Assembly (NCBI GenBank): GCA_002269645.1
Contig: NIVC01002959.1
Coordinates: 64,512-128,511, forward strand
From: Macrostomum lignano
Lineage: Eukaryota
Reading direction: 5' to 3'
DNA: 64,000 bases
The notes under the pieces are model-generated. The model was not told where the DNA came from. It ran no database searches and saw only the letters and a program-made list of their open reading frames with translations. The position numbers and the translations under genes were made by a program. Position 1 is the stretch's first letter, and each line of letters begins with the position of its first letter. Of the stretch, positions 61,742 through 64,000 are shown one piece after another.

Positions 61742-62800
61742 CTTTAATTTGAATGTATGTTCGCTGTCATTGCACGATGCGTTGTACACCTCAGGTCAGG
61801 TCACGTGACTTGCTGGAAATGAAATAATGACTTTGTACCTATACTAAGGATAGGTGAAGCGTAAGAATGAACCAAAATTTGTACTTATTAGAAACACCTA
61901 GATGACTACTGTCAGAAAAAATGATATTCACGTCTGTCAGTTGCAAAATTTTGTTATAATTGACTTTTAAAATCGAAAAACGTGATTTTGTGCAAAAACA
62001 ACCTATATGAGCACACATAGGGTGAAAAATTTATTGATTTTCGCTATGAGGTTCTTAGCTTCCAAGAGCACTATTGTGCCCAGTAAACACGTACAGATGA
62101 CTGCTATCTTCGTTAGTGTGCGAAAATTCGTATTTTTACGCTAATAACATTTACCGAATTACGAGGTTCCGGTGTTATGCGTTTTTTTGCTATATTTCAC
62201 GCTGCCATTTATTAACGATGCTACGCCAGGCCTTCAGTGTGGTGTCAATAGTTAGCATTTAAAAAGTGCTTTAATTTGAGTGTATGTTCGCTGGCATTGC
62301 ACGATGCGTTGTACACCTCAGGCCAGGTCACGTGACTTGCTGGAAATGAAATAATGACTTTGTACCTATACTAAGGATAGGTGAAGCATAAGAATGACCC
62401 ATATTAGTACTTATTAGAAACATCTAGATGAATACTCTCAGAAAAAGTGACATTCACGTCTGTCAGTTGCAAAAAAAATTTTTAATTGACTCTCAAAATC
62501 GAAAAACGTGATTTTGTGCAAAAACAACCCATTTGAGCACTACATAGGGCGGAAAATATATTAATTTTCGCTATGAGGTTCTTAGCTTCCAAGAGCACTA
62601 TTGTGCCCAGTAAACACGTACAGATGACTGCCATCTTCGTTAGTGTGCGAAAATTCGTATTTTGACGCTATTAACATTTTACCGAATTACGAGGTTCCGG
62701 TACTATGCGTTTTTTTGCTATATTTCACGCTGCCATTTATTAACTATCCTACGCCAGGCCTTCAGTGTAGTGTCAATAAATAGCATTTAGCAAGTGCTTT
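61742..62800. repeat. Diverged tandem duplication, ~530-bp unit x2
   Basis: Copies start at about 61742 and 62269 (CTTTAATTTGA...TATGTTCGCTG...GGTCACGTGACTTGCTGG...GCCAGGCCTTCAGTGT); probably part of a non-autonomous DNA element. Confidence 0.85.
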
Positions 62801-64000
62801 AAGATGACATCATGCGCATTGCGTTGCGTAAAAGTGTGGGTCCACAGTTTCGTAACAAGTTAAAATGACCTGATTTCGCAAAAATCTTTAAAACAAAAAA
62901 TACCAAATAGGTAACTAAAAAGCCTTTTGAAACTGAATAAAAAATGCACATAAAAGTGCTATTTTGTAACGTAAAAAGTCTTGCGTCCTGCAAAAATCTT
63001 CTATGGTGACTTTTTGGAGCCGTGAAGTGTAAAAACGTGCGCATTTTTAAAGCTGTTGAACTTACTTTTTGAGGTATATTTTGAAAATAGGCATTTTATA
63101 AATTGTATAACAAAATTTAATTGAAGAAAGCAATAAGGTAAAATAGAATTCGAAATTATTTAATTTTGAAATAATTAAACTGTACATTTCAGTCGTTCTG
63201 TTCCTTATTAATTTCTACAAAAATTTAAATTTAAATCGTTATGTTAACAGTAGTTTATTGCTGTAGGACAAATTTGACCCAAATTTTCAAAAGCAACTTA
63301 TCTAAGCAAACGCTATCTAAATCTGAAATATTTTCAAGCTTCAATCCTGTAGCTATAATATTCGGTTTTGTTACGCTATTTATTCGTATCCTACTACATT
63401 ATATATAATTATTGTACAATATATTATATTCTACAAGTACAAGTTTTAATTGTAATATATTCAATTGTTATCAGTTTACACTGTAAGTGTAAGCTTCAAA
63501 TTTTATTTGAAATATAACTGAAGTATAGTACTTTAATATTATTTTATAGCTAATTAATTGTATTCTGCCAAATATTTACGTTTTTTTTCTCTGCTTTGCT
63601 TTTTGCTCCATATTTTTATAAATTATAGTCATATTTACATATATCTTTTTAAAAGTACTCATCCTTTCACATTTTATTTTGTAGTTATCAGTCAAATTTA
63701 ACTTGAATTTTCCTTTTGTTTGCATAATTTTGACTTAAGACTTTAGTTTTGAAGTAAGTATTCTTTTTATTTCTTCATATGTTTAGCATAGTACAAATAT
63801 CTGTAGTACTCTGCTTAATGGTAGAAGTTTGTGGACACTTTTTATAAATTCTGCTCAATTTATTATAAATTTAGCATTTTTGCTAGACAATATATACATG
63901 CCAATGCTCCTTATATCAAGCAATGCTTGAAAGTGCTAGACACTTAGTTTATGTGTGAATTTTTACCAAGGGATGTTTTTTTGTTGATATAGAATTCCTA

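Overview
Repeat-rich animal genomic DNA. The poly-Q/A-rich genes and the LINE type suggest a free-living flatworm such as Macrostomum (inference). Host genes: an intronless POU class III gene (minus strand, runs off the window start); an ACK/TNK2-related ORF with only the MIG6-homology motif and UBA region; a 3-exon Not/Noto homeobox gene; and 9 coding exons of aromatic-L-amino-acid decarboxylase (Ddc, minus strand, first exon not found). A complete, very young Ty3/Gypsy LTR retrotransposon (2917-11559, AATG target-site duplication, near-identical 835/834-bp LTRs) sits 1.6 kb upstream of POU3. Besides gag and pol it carries an extra ORF3 encoding an HPD-intact J (DnaJ) domain, an acidic linker, a chromodomain and an unassigned C-terminal domain. 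ORF3 is split by a single -1 frameshift and is the most unusual feature in the window. About half of 12.8-52.4 kb is a patchwork of about 25 different micro/minisatellite arrays, some arranged as foldback pairs. Also present: two tRNA-derived SINE copies, a 3' LINE fragment, a decayed Tc1/IS630-like transposase piece and small palindromic elements. All calls were made by eye and manual translation; no database searches were run.
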